Source of the DNA: Raillietiella orientalis
Lineage: Eukaryota
DNA: 64,000 bases
Direction of reading: 5' to 3'
Assembly (NCBI GenBank): GCA_036172245.1
Contig: JAYWIR010000041.1
Span: forward strand, 1,736,001 to 1,800,000
The notes under the pieces: generated by a model
What the model saw: only the letters and a program-made list of their open reading frames with translations
The model's database searches: none
Told to the model about the DNA's origin: nothing
Part shown: one piece after another, positions 28,301-39,400 of the stretch
Layout of the letters: each line of letters opens with the position of its first letter
How positions within the stretch are numbered: position 1 is the first letter of the stretch
Translations under genes and position numbers: made by a program

Positions 28301-31300
28301 TGAATATCTCATGTGGAAAGCCGGTTTGAAGCTCGACAAGCGGCGGAAGGGCTCTCGGCTCCATGTCGCATTTTCTGCAGCCTTCTCCATACAGGGTCCA
28401 GAAAAAAGCCGAATGAGTCTGAAAGACGTTTTTTCAGAAAATTCGAAAGAAACAGGAAACTAAGTGGATGCCACGCTGCCTTTCTCCACGCTGACTGCAC
28501 GCTTCGTCCGTGCAGATGGCTTTGCGGGATCCGATTCCCGGTAGAGATGATAGAGATGACCGCCTGGTGGCATCGACGATACTGAAAGTTCTCACGCTCC
28601 ATGAAACTACGGAAGCCACTCGAGAAGGAGTGCCGTTCCGCATATGCGGTTTGCAGTCTCTCCATCGCCTCTTCGAATTTCAAGACACGGTGACCAGGGA
28701 ATGATCCGTAGCAAATCGCTGTGGACTTGCAAAAACAAACTGAAGATGATTTGAATTTGAATGTTGCCCAACGCACCACATTTGGGAACGAATCTCCTTG
28801 CTCTTTCCACCTTGCGCGCTGGTTGACTACCGCTCGTAATCTTGTTTTCGGTTCTCGGTTTGGGAGCTCCCTCCAAAACCTTCCTCATGATGCTTGCATC
28901 CCGCATCAGGGCTAAGACTGTTTGCAACATGGCTGTCTTGGACAGCAAGTGGAAACAAGAATCCTGGAGAAAATGTTAGCTGCGTCAATTCCTAAAACGG
29001 CAAATCATCTAGTGCGAACGGAGATGCGGAAGCTACCGCCCTGTGGTTTCCATGGTCACTCAAGAAGGCTCCAGATTTCTTCGGAGACTGCATGCGTTTC
29101 TATGTTTAGCAGATGTGGCGAACAGGAAAAAGGCTCGGTATAAGAAGCGGTGCCGTTGCGTGGGATGCAGAGATGCATATGAGGAGAACTGCAAAGGGAG
29201 CACGCTGTGCCTGCATCCTTGAGCCACAGTTTAAGGCAGATACAAAGTTGTTCCCAACCTGCACACGAAGAGCAATCCCTGTCAAACCGGAGTGAACAAT
29301 CGAAGCAGGGACACCTTCGCTCTTGGAGATAGCACATGGTCATCCGCTCAACAAAAACCCAAAAAGCTGAAAAAAAGAAAGGAAGAATATTCGGTTATTT
29401 GCGTTAGGTGTGGTTAGCGGGTTCCTTTCAGCATTAGAATCGTGCGTGCTGCTGTTGACAGTCCTATGGACGTCCAGAGCACACACAGTTTTCAGAAACT
29501 GTCGAAAAGACCGTCGAACCTAACTTGACCTCGCCCAACCTAAACAATCTAGGTAGCAAAAGTCAGTCTAAGCTAACAAGTCAATAATTGAGCTCGTAGA
29601 TGTGAGTAGCCTCTGGTGAACTTTGGACGAGACCTTTTGTCATGGAAAGTGAGTGATACATGGGATCATTCTTCAAGCATTGCAGTCAGGCGAATCTGAT
29701 TCTAAAACGAACAGAAAGCCTTCGATCCCACATCCAGCTTGACGAACTGTGAAAAGGGAATGGAAAGCGTGGTTTCCTAACTCTCCAAAGAAATGATTCC
29801 GAAATTTTGCCATCATTTCGTATTCATCGTCTCAAGATCATGGAAACCAAGAGTGACACTCACTATGAATCCGAGGACGATTCACATAACACGTGGTTCA
29901 CTGATGGAAAAATTCGATCAAGGAAGGGAGCAGAAATGATCCGAGGTCGACCACCATAAGCTTGCTGGGGTCACGGGGAAATCTTCGTCTCCAATTCAAG
30001 AAATGCATAGGATGAATTTTTATGGAAAAGGGGTGAGATTTACTTACAAATCTTTCGATAGAATAGGAGCATGGTGATGCTAAGGTGGCCAGCACTCAGG
30101 ATTGGTAGTAGTTACGATGGATCACGAAGAGGGAATTCTGGAAAACAGAGATGAGTATAAATCATCAGGGATGAAAAGGAGGGTGAGAAAAAACATCAGC
30201 AATAAGGCAAGCAATAATGCTCAAGATGTTCTCAGAGTGACTTGAGTAATGATGAAAACATGAGAAGGATGGAACTGAATGATCGTGCTACTTTTGAGTT
30301 AGAAGACTTGGGGACTAGGAAGGACAGAAAGTGCTTAGTGATTAGAAAGTTCTCTAGCCTAGAGGCTTAGAGCGCATAGTAAGTTTGCATCCGATCGCAA
30401 CAGATCCAAGGAACAGAGAATCAGAATCAGAAAAAAAATATCTGGATTGACCCTGAACGAGGTTGATCTTGGAGGCAGACTTTCAGTGAGGGGTTTGAAA
30501 GACCCAAGTAGGAATCGGATCCCAGAAAACTGAACCAGAGCTTCTCGTTGAAGTTCCCACCCGAATGAATTACGGTGAGAACGCGAGTCAGGACTCGTCT
30601 TCATCAGTTTGACATTTATTGTCTGCAAATAGAAGGCTCCATATGATCAGAGGGCGGGAAAAGTCCAGCCTGGGCTTGGCATCTTTCTGCGAAGCATCAC
30701 TGTGGGCAAGCGAATCGCTCAGACTGATGGGACAGAGGTTCTCCCGTTGCCGATGATCAGATATCTCAATACTGACAAACCGTGCGCCTTCCCTCCTCCC
30801 GTTCTTTATATTTCCACACGTCTGATGGAAGCGATCTTCAGGAGACTCGTCTTTAAAAGACTGCTGTTTTTTAAGCGGGGAAAAAAAAAAATAGAATTCG
30901 TTCATCTTGTGATTTCTGTGAGAGTTATTCGATTCCATTTGAGGTACCAGGCTAGGAAACTTGAGAGAAATGCTATCTTCTGGGGAACTTTATATCGAAA
31001 ATCTGATTGGTCCGAAGCCACGCAAAGACACGAGAAAAAACTCACTGAAAAGTTCCTAAATTGTACATGTTTCATGAGATGAAAAGGATGCTGGAGACCG
31101 AGCACTGTTCTTTTCAGAGCCAGTAGTCTTTTTGGTACGGATATGCGTTAGCTCGTAAGTTCATGTGAAAAATCGTGCAATGCACTCCCCAACAAAATGA
31201 TCGTCCCAGACATTAGGGACAGATTCCTAAGAGAGAAGCAATAAATGAGCATGATCGCATTCCAAAACTCTTAGATAAACAGGGATAAGGTATCCAGGAT

Positions 31301-32535
31301 TCGTTCTTTCTCCTTCGGCTTTTGCCAAAAAAAAAATGCGCCCTTTCATCAATGAAAGATTGCATTTTTCTTCAGAGTGGAAACCAATCGAAGTGGCAGC
31401 AATCCCTCGTTCTCAGCCCTTCAAGAGGTGCCCATTGCAGGTGGCTGCAGTCGGTGCAGAGTCGATGTGTACTGCAGGCAGGCGCAGTGTCGATAGGAAA
31501 AATGCAGGCGACGTTCCTTGAGGGTGTTGCAGGACTCGTGACGTTCTCCAGAAGATTAAGGATTCTGCTTCTCGCTTCAATCTCAATGCGATGCCTTCGC
31601 ACTGCTTTTGCCCCCACAAAGGCCAGGTGGCAAAAAGCTTGAAAGCAGAGCGTCGTGATTGGGAGACAATCCCAGATGCAGCCTTTACACCTTCGTGTAT
31701 CTCCAATGCCCGTTTCCCGACTGTTCTACTCTTTGCTGGTTCTGTGAAGTAAGGAAACGCATGATCGACAGTCGTTGCTGCGTCTGGAGTTAATGATTAG
31801 GCGGGAAATGAGCTGGATGCTCGGAAAAGGTGTTTCCCACTCGGTGTTTTCTTGAAGAAAACACCGAGTGGGACGCGGGAGAAGTTTGCAGCTCTAATAG
31901 ACGAAGTTCCTTCGACGAGAGGAACCACCAAAGGCATGTATTATGAATCCTCTTTGATGGCGCGGTGGTATTCTGGAGTCCAGCAGCAGACCACGCGGCA
32001 CATAACCGCAGCCTGACAGAAGTGACTGTGTGCATATCATGAGGAAATTCTTGCGCACCAGTGAGCCGGCGGGACTCAAGTTTGCGGTCAAACAATGAAA
32101 GTGGGGACTGAAGGGGGATGCTGGGGGACTTTTACAAAAAAAAAAAACTTTCGAGCGTTCCTGTATCTCTGAAGCACTGCTTGCTGCCTTAGGTCCACTA
32201 TCAAAAAGTCTCCAAGAACGTGTTCTGCATTCCAGATTAGGGGGTACGCCTATGCGACAATTTTCGAAAACGGAACGAACTGGGTGAGGATGTGGGCGCT
32301 GAGACGAAACTGCTCCAGCAGCTGTGAGCCCGGTTGCATCATTATGGGCGAGAGGACAAAACTGCACGTGTGCACTACATGCTGCTCGGAAAGTCTCTGC
32401 AATCATGGAAGCGGAGATGACTGGGTCCTGCCAAATCTTTCGTGCCTCTTGTTGACAGCTTATTTGTTCTTCGCTTTCTCTTTCAACGAGAACGCGAAGT
32501 CTCTGATGGGTCTGATGATACAATGGCCTTCCTAG
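22321..32535 (+). CDS. GPI-anchored Ly6/uPAR three-finger protein (arthropod quiver/sleepless-like family), 3 coding exons
   Basis: Exons: 22321-22369 (MAAVLKIFFEAYLLHT, signal peptide, phase-1 donor gtgaat); 22507-22658 (GILAVDQSTTTKLRCYVCHTLNDGDDCMVLEDGIKARAFVTTCNTTETFCM, tttcag/gtaagc); 32236-32535 (IRGYAYATIFENGTNWVRMWALRRNCSSSCEPGCIIMGERTKLHVCTTCCSESLCNHGSG plus a hydrophobic GPI-type tail, ttccag acceptor). The domain has 12 Cys with the hallmark CxxC start and CC-x4-CN end. Exon 1 is the least certain. Confidence 0.88.
23900..24650 (+). mobile_element. Decayed LINE RT relic in the Ly6 intron
   Basis: Frameshifted motifs in the expected order: GKNV..NWKSE (resembling G.FP..WK.A), a QGSVL-like stretch at about 24510, and DAADYSSI (resembling YADDTSI) at about 24578-24600. 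Confidence 0.3.
26462..26617. repeat. Left arm of a 156-bp inverted repeat (partner 28100-28255)
   Basis: Reverse complement matches 28100-28255 at 154 of 156 positions with no indels; also visible as the shared peptide WMLSYPHLFHRIF..KEG/KEE in ORFs 26370-26642 (-) and 27985-28266 (+). Confidence 0.95.
28100..28255. repeat. Right arm of the 156-bp inverted repeat (partner 26462-26617)
   Basis: Direct comparison with the left arm; 2 mismatches. Confidence 0.95.
28310..28950 (-). mobile_element. Possible decayed retrotransposon gag-like fragment
   Basis: RVLKFEEAMERLQTAYAERHSFSSGFRSFMER resembles retrotransposon gag helices; frameshifted, no catalytic motif seen. Confidence 0.25.
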
Positions 32536-33671
32536 ACAACTTTGCCGTGAGCTTGCCCAGCAGCGAGAACTGATCACAACGAAACCGAAAGATCAGAGCA
32601 AAGATCACGGGAGACCTGTAACCGGAACCACGCCCGAAGCAAATGCCGATGAACCAATCAAGAGCGCTTTCCACACGTCCGCAGAGCTCTCCTTACGCCA
32701 AGCAAGCTTCCCTCCCCTTCTTGTGGGGTATCATCATGCGTGAGTCGAAGGCCCTCAACTGGATGGTGTGAAGCAAGCCGCCATCATTCAAGGCCGTACA
32801 GATCACTACCCTCACTGCAGCTTCCTTAACAGCTTGATGGTTCCGAAAACTTTCCACGCCAGCGAGAACAACTGGCAATGGTGGTCACTGCGTCCGCGTG
32901 GCACGGCAGCGGCTAGCTTCCACCAGCTTCCCAAGCATAGCAAAACTTAGATTCTCGATCCTCCTTCCCCAAATTTGATACTGCCTTGCTCCTTTCAATA
33001 AAAACTGCAACATTCCCCAGAAGTCCCTTATTCTTTCTCATCACAGACGTCCGAGCCTGCAACAAATATATGTTCGCGTACCTACCGGCTCCAGACGATA
33101 ACGAACTCCAAGACATGCGGCAGTCGCCCAAGGAATCAACAAAGAGCGACGATGCCACAACACACTGCAGGCACCTTGGAAGGCCAAGAGCCTCGCGGTA
33201 CTCCCGCATTCGGAGCAGAAGCCGTTCGAAGCTGCATTCGGGCCGGTCCCGGGGCCCAAGAAGGATGCCGGAGTAGCATCTGGAGAAGATGCGGTACCAT
33301 GCGGTCCGGTCGAGCTTCGAATGAATCTCACGCGTCCAACTCCCCGTAATTCGTTGACACGGCTGTTCTCATCAGTCCCATATAACATTCAGTGTTCCCA
33401 GTACACAGCAGTGACCAGAGGCGGGAACCCTCAAACGCTGCGAACATCCTCAGCTTTACTGCAGCCTCGGGAACTTCTGCAGTCTTCCAGACAGTCTCCT
33501 TTTTGGCTTTAACTCTGCGATCCTAGCTTTCCCTTGGGGTGAGCTGCACACTCAGAAAGCAACCGTCTCCACTTCGGCTGAGGGAAAACCCAGTAATTTG
33601 ACCGGAATAGGTCCCAATGGTCCCCAAGTTTCATTTAATAAATAAATGCTTCCAGTTCTTAGAAACAAAAC

Positions 33672-33677
33672 TTTATT
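33672..33677 (-). terminator. Polyadenylation signal of OBP-like gene A
   Basis: AATAAA on the minus strand just after the stop codon at 33692, followed by a T-rich stretch. Confidence 0.55.
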
Positions 33678-33691
33678 GTGCTTGCGGTCTT

Positions 33692-34512
33692 CTAGACAGA
33701 TTCTAATAAGAAGGCATGGGCTTGATCCTTTCCCAGGCCACAACCACTCCAGAAACAGGACCATGGCTGGAATATTGGAAAAATAAATTATAGCTTGAGA
33801 AGGGGTGGAGAAATTCTGGAGAATTTTTGTCTTTCAAAAACGAATACAAGATTTCGTCATCCAATTCATCCTCCCATTGCCCTGCGCAATGGGCTACTGA
33901 CAATCCCCCCGACACGAAACACAGACCTTCCCCAGAAAAAACCACAGCATGCAAAACAAAAACACTATCTCACCAAATTATCATCGGAGCAGCGTTCAAC
34001 ACTCTCATCCAAAGAATCCTTTATTTTTTTCTGGAGATCTCCTTCCGGACTGGGAATGTGTTTCTGTATTAAGTCCGTGAAGAAATTCTTGTTGTATCCT
34101 CCGTCATTAACCTGTAAGACAGGAAGACAAGCGACTGCAGACCACTTGAGGAACCCCTAACTTACCACATGGAAAGCTAATTGGAAGCAACGGAAGACTT
34201 CACCTTGTTTCCCAGCACTGCCTCCGATCAGTTTGACTAAGGGGAACCCGGTAATACGTTTGGCGTCTTCTTCAGGAACACCGTGTTCTTCAAAGCATTT
34301 CTTCATAACTCCTTCCGCCTCCGTGAAGACATCCCCGAAAGTGGACCGGCACCATTCTTGAATCTCGGGAAGCTCCTCTTCCTTCAAGAAACCAACTTCA
34401 TTAATCTCTGACGCACTAAAACGCAAGTCCAACATACCGAAAATTCAGTGTGTGCGCAACTCAGCGCGACCAGCGAAACAACGCACAACAACAACATCGC
34501 AATCCTCGCCAT
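33692..34512 (-). CDS. Small secreted 6-Cys protein, OBP-like family member A (167 aa, 4 exons)
   Basis: Exons: 34512-34438 (MARIAMLLLCVVSLVALSCAHTEFS, signal peptide); 34381-34166 (216 nt, EEELPEIQEWCRSTFG..MKKCFEEHGVPEEDAKRITGFP..FRCFQLAFHV); 34111-33974 (138 nt, VNDGGYNKNFFTDLIQKHIP..SVERCSDDNL); 33766-33692 (PWSCFWSGCGLGKDQAHAFLLESV*). All introns are GT-AG and phase 0. TATA box upstream, AATAAA about 15 nt after the stop, and a paralogue at 55482-56204. Confidence 0.85.
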
Positions 34513-34547
34513 GGTTGACTTGTGAAACTCTGGTTGTAGATCATTTC

Positions 34548-34554
34548 TTATATA
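34548..34554 (-). promoter_or_regulatory. TATA box of OBP-like gene A
   Basis: TATATAA on the minus strand, 36-42 nt upstream of the ATG (context caaccATGG). Confidence 0.6.
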
Positions 34555-34649
34555 GGCGTCCGGTAGGTCGTGGCATTTAATTTCAAGGACAATCTTATAG
34601 CTAAACCAACCCCGGCACGCTATTGGCGTCCCACTCCGCATTCGCTTGC

Positions 34650-35600
34650 TACAGTAATAGATTTATTGGATGATTATCAGAGGGTTGGTCAGAAAGCTGC
34701 TTTCAAGATTCGTCTTCCTGCACGGAAGAGTTGCCCGACGCATTGGTGCCAGACAGGATAAGAGCAGGAATAATAGAGACTCCCTGGATTTCACGGGCGA
34801 GCGTTCCCATGCGCGGATACATGTGTTTTGTTTTCTTGTATTCATTGAGCCTTCCCGTTTTCTTGACAGGGAAGCAGTAATTTTCGGGGACGACGCGATC
34901 AGCTAGTTTGTCTTCCTGCCTGAGGATTTTCGTATCGTCTCTCTCCAGACCCAAGTTATTTTCGAAACTTTCTGCATGCAAGCAGGGAGAGCGAGGCTCT
35001 TGCATCCAAAGAGCTTGTTCCCCGTCCACCTCCTCCTTTTCCTCTCCCTGATTCCGTTGCCGCGCCACTTGAGAGTTTCCAGTAAAGTCCGGAGCGTTTG
35101 TCCGTTGATGTGCATCGACTATCGCGAACACGCCTAACGAATGCAAAATGTGCTCTCGTGTCCTCCGTGTGTGTGTTGTTACCCTCGGGAGACTGTACAC
35201 TGTGTTCCTGAACAGAGTTCAGAGTACATTCTGCGTTACAGAGACCATTCATTTGCAACAGGTTGCAGCTTCACCTGCAATGCAAGGAGCATGGTGGGAA
35301 CCGGGATCCAAGGATGCCAGGGATGCGTTTCGTGATGGCAGGCGATGAGGACGCAAGAACGCATGGAACTTGGCTGACTGTGCCGGGTGCCCATGAGTCC
35401 CACCGTGAAACCAGGTGCTTCACGAAGAGACAACACGAATCCGACAAGCTGTAATGTCGGCGTCCTGTTGGAAAAAGGAAGACCGATTTTGCGTTCAAGA
35501 TACCGATTGTCATCGCTGCAGGAATCGAAGGCACTCAACAGTATATGGTGTTTATTTCAGAAGGGTCTGTTTAGCTGCTTGCCACGCCAACAACACTGCT
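34650..35600 (+). mobile_element. Decayed piggyBac-like transposase (C-terminal half)
   Basis: Frameshifted motifs in piggyBac order: VIDLLDDYQRVGQ, SRNNRDSL (resembling GT.R.NR.GLP), RDQLVCL.AW.DFRIVSLQT (resembling W.DKR.V.MLST, needs a frameshift), and a decayed C-terminal Cys-rich-domain-like stretch (NPTSCNV..EKGR..SRY..KAL..CLF). No convincing TIR or TTAA target duplication found. Confidence 0.4.
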
Positions 35601-36499
35601 CTATTGAGTAAACACTTCAGAAATGTCATAATCTCGTACCCCTCCAACCGTAAGGTATGCACATTTTATGAAATGCCATCGAAAATGAGAGTTTCGCGAC
35701 AGCGCCTTTATGACAGAAATCATTGGCTTTATCATTGAGCTGCTGACACAGACGACCTTCTATTGGAAATTTATCAGTAATCCTTAAAGTGGCCCAGTAT
35801 GCACGTAGGATTTTAACCTACGAAAAAACCGTCATGCCCAGTATGCCACGCAGTCTTCTTTATTTCAGTATGGTACGTATACAAGGATGTTACGAGCTGG
35901 AATAAAAGTGCCTTTTTTGGTGGATTGTAACGCCTTCCACTTTCAACCAGCTTTTAACCACCAAGCTGTGACGGATGCGGGGATGTTGAGGGGCCTCAGC
36001 CGCGTGCGCACTCGGAGGAGGAACTGAAGTCCACTGCTGCCTTTGCCACTTCGTGCCACCGGGCTGGAAGACGAATTGCACACGTGTGAGGAGATGTGCT
36101 GCTGCGGGGCGGCCATTGAGCCTCTCATTCAATCGAGCAAGTGCTATCAGCAATGCGTTCCTGAGCTCCATGTGAGCACTTACCTTGATGAACAGCAATG
36201 AAGGCATGATCGCACACCATCTGTCACGTGGCGGGCATCTTTGTGGGGCTGTTCCTTTCAAACAAATGCTCCTATAAATGGAACTCTATTGTCGAGCGTA
36301 TGAATAATCTCACGAATAGGTTTTGGTGGTTCCACTTGTTTGGCCTATATTGAAAGCATTGCAAGCGGCGGTGGCCTCTAACGGAGAGTAATCAGACGAA
36401 ATTGCATTCCGTCGAGATGAAACGAGCGAGCATGCACACTGGAAACGTCGACCCGGGAGCTCTTAGACGAGTCCAAGTTCGCACGCGGCTCTCCATTTA

Positions 36500-39400
36500 G
36501 GAACAACAAAAAAAATCCCTGAGGGCTCTCTACCTACCACCACAGCGATCTCACCGGCACGCTCGTGAGGGAGCCCTGGAGAGCGCGCCCCGTCTCCTGG
36601 GCGCTCTCCCAGCCGCCCCCATCTTGCGCTCGTTTGGCTCGAGCCGACAGACTTAACGCCGAGCCGGCAGAGCTCAGTTCGCGGAGAACCTTACTGAAGC
36701 CTTCCTCCTTCCTCTCGCTCGCCGGAGCGTTGTTTTCTTCTCGCCTCCTTCCCGAAGATGGGAGTCCCTCTCCGGAGATATCGAGAGACGAGCCGGGACC
36801 CGACTCGCAGAGCGCCTCTCGGAGTCGTGCTCGGGAGAGAGAGAGAGAGAGAGAGAGGGCCTCGGGGCGGCGAGCGAGCGCGCTCAGGGTCAGCCACTAT
36901 TTTCGGCCGGCGAGAGCAATGACACGGGGAGCAGCCGCGTTAGCGCGCGGAGAGACAGGCGTTGCCTGGAAACGGCAAAGGAGGCTCGCGCTAGGCGTCG
37001 CCCTTCCTGGGGAGCAGCCATCTCTTCCTCCTCCTCCTCCGGAGTCTGGATTGCTTCAAGGGTCCCATCTCCGTCGCCGAGTAGGGAGGCGGGAGACGAC
37101 GCCCTCACTCTGCAGGAACGCCGGAGGGGGAGTCGAACAACGTTCCTGTCCCTTCGCAAAGTCGTTCGCAGGCGATGGGCCCCCTGTCCCCCGCTCCACC
37201 TTCCTACGTGCGTTCCGGAGTTCCCAGGGAGGCGACCCCCAGCTGGCTACGGGCGGGCCAGGACTCTGCTCCAGGAGGCATTTGGGCCTCCTCCTCCCCC
37301 CCCCCCCACCCGAAAAGCACGCCTGCGCGGGCGTGCTGCGGAGGGAGGAGAGAGGGGAGGAAGGAAGGAGGAGGAGAAGGCGTGTTCCGCTGTCTCTTTG
37401 CAGGGCGTCAAGGTCACGGGCGAAGACCCGAGGCGATCGCGAGCAAAGTCCGCGACCCGAAGCTTCTGGAAGACCCGAAGGACGCGGTCTTCGGGGAGGA
37501 GGAGGCTCTCCGGAGAGAGGAAAGGGAAGAGGAGGTCGGATCGGCCCAACCCCAGTCCTCCGAAGGTAGGTCCTCCCCCGGGAGAAAGGGGTGCTTCAAG
37601 GACAGCCTGTAGCTGACGGGGCGGGGCGGACGGAGGCGGTGGCCAGAGGGCACTCGGGGGAGGGGGGGGGAGCGAAGAGCAGCTCCCGACTCCCCCGGTG
37701 CTCGCCGTGCAGCGCGCCGACGGACGCGCCCGCTGGAGGGGACGAGGAGGGAGTTCCCAGGTCTTAGCCCGGTCCCGGAGGCTCACTCCCCTTTTTTTTT
37801 GCGAAGACTCTCTCAGGAGTGTCCGCCTCGGCCGCTTCTACGGGAGAGGGGGAAGGAGGCGATCCCCGAAAATCCCGACCCTTGCCCGACCGGGGCGCGC
37901 ACGGAAGAGATTCTCTACCCCCGTCCCCGGAGGTAGCGCGCACGTCTCCAGGAGAGACCGGGGGTGTGCGATCCGTCACGCACCGCCGCCCTGACATCCG
38001 GACCACCCGGCGGAGGCCGGACGGCGAATGAACCACGAGATCCTCGAGTGAAGCCCGTCGCGGGTAGGAGGGCGGCCCTGGCAGTGGCCCTCCGGCGTGG
38101 CCAGGGACACCCTCGCCGCTGCGCCGACGACGTTCCCTGCAGCCGGCACCAGCAGGCGGTTGCGGCTGCAGGGGGGCGGACGGGAGGATTCGGGCTGCCC
38201 TCCTTGACGTCGGAGATCGCGGTGCCACTCAGGTGCCGTCCCTGGACGTCCGAGAGAGCCTGCCTCTGACCCCTCTGAACCACCTCGCCGGCCCCTTCGT
38301 CTGCGCGGAACGGGTGGTTCCTCGAGGGGGAGGTGAGGGTGGGAACCGAGCAGGCGCTTGCGGACCGCAGCCCGGCTCCGGAGGCGCAATACTCCTGCTC
38401 GTGCCCCAAGCTTTTCCGTATGCGAGGTCAAGTCCGGGACAGGACTACCTCAGGGTAAAAAAAAAGGGGTGGTGGAAGAGAACACAATTGCGTGGCACCG
38501 CGATCTCCTCGCTGGATCTCCCTCTTAGAGCAGAGCAGGGACTCCGAGAAGCAGCGTCCGCCCTCTCCCAGGGCGCCACGGATGGACGCGCTGGAGAGAT
38601 TGGGGGGTGCAGAATTCCTTCCCGCCCACACTCTCTCCTCCCCCTCTCCTTCTCCCTCCGAATCGACTCCGGGAGAGGAGCGCTCCGAGAGGTCCCCTCT
38701 CCTCGCTCGCAGCTCACGACGGCGGCGCCACCAGCTTGTCCCCCGGCGGGCAGCACCAGGATCGAAGACCTTGGAGCCACCACCTCGCTTGAGCCCGCCA
38801 GCTGGAGGAAGGTCCACCTTGTCTTCGCCCCGCCCACCGGAAAGCCGGATCGACGGGTGGAGGGCGACGGCGAGAGGTCACTTTCGCGAGGGCCCGCCGA
38901 CCTCTCTCCCGGACTCCCTGGAACGTCCCCTCCTCTGGGGAAAAGGGGGGAGAGGGGAACCTCCGAAAGGTGTTCCCTTCCAGCACGGGAAAGGGGGGAG
39001 CCCTATCGTTCCGGAAGGAACGCATCTCCCGAAAGGGAGAGTTCCAGAAAGCAGCGGCTGCCACCTTCGCCCCTTTGAGGAATTCATCTCGAGGAAGAGG
39101 AAGAGCGTTGGGGCGCGTGTCGTTTTGGACCGCTTCCCGAGCAAGACTTCGGGAGCGTCCGTCCGCCGAGGAACGCCGTTGCGTAGCAGCCGCCGTGACG
39201 GCGTCCCCCGCAGCGTTCCGCAGCTGTGGTGAGGCTGGATGCGAAGCCATCCTCAGCAGAAGAGCAAGTGGAAGAAGAAGAAACGCACGGATTCCATCCG
39301 TCCCTTCCACCTGCACTCCGTGGACGAAAGTGGCCGTCCTGGGGGCTTTTCAGCGGCCTGGATGCTGCACCGAGGCCGACCGACGCGCGCGCGCGAAATC

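Noticed and set aside
29400..29555. Interstitial telomeric (TTAGG)n array
   Set aside because: Only a few degenerate units; more likely a decayed repeat.
33703..33954. ORF ..GLCFVSGGLSVAHC.. as the last exon of OBP-like gene A
   Set aside because: No phase-compatible AG acceptor; the exon starting at 33766 has a strong acceptor, matches paralogue B (xxSC) and is followed by AATAAA.
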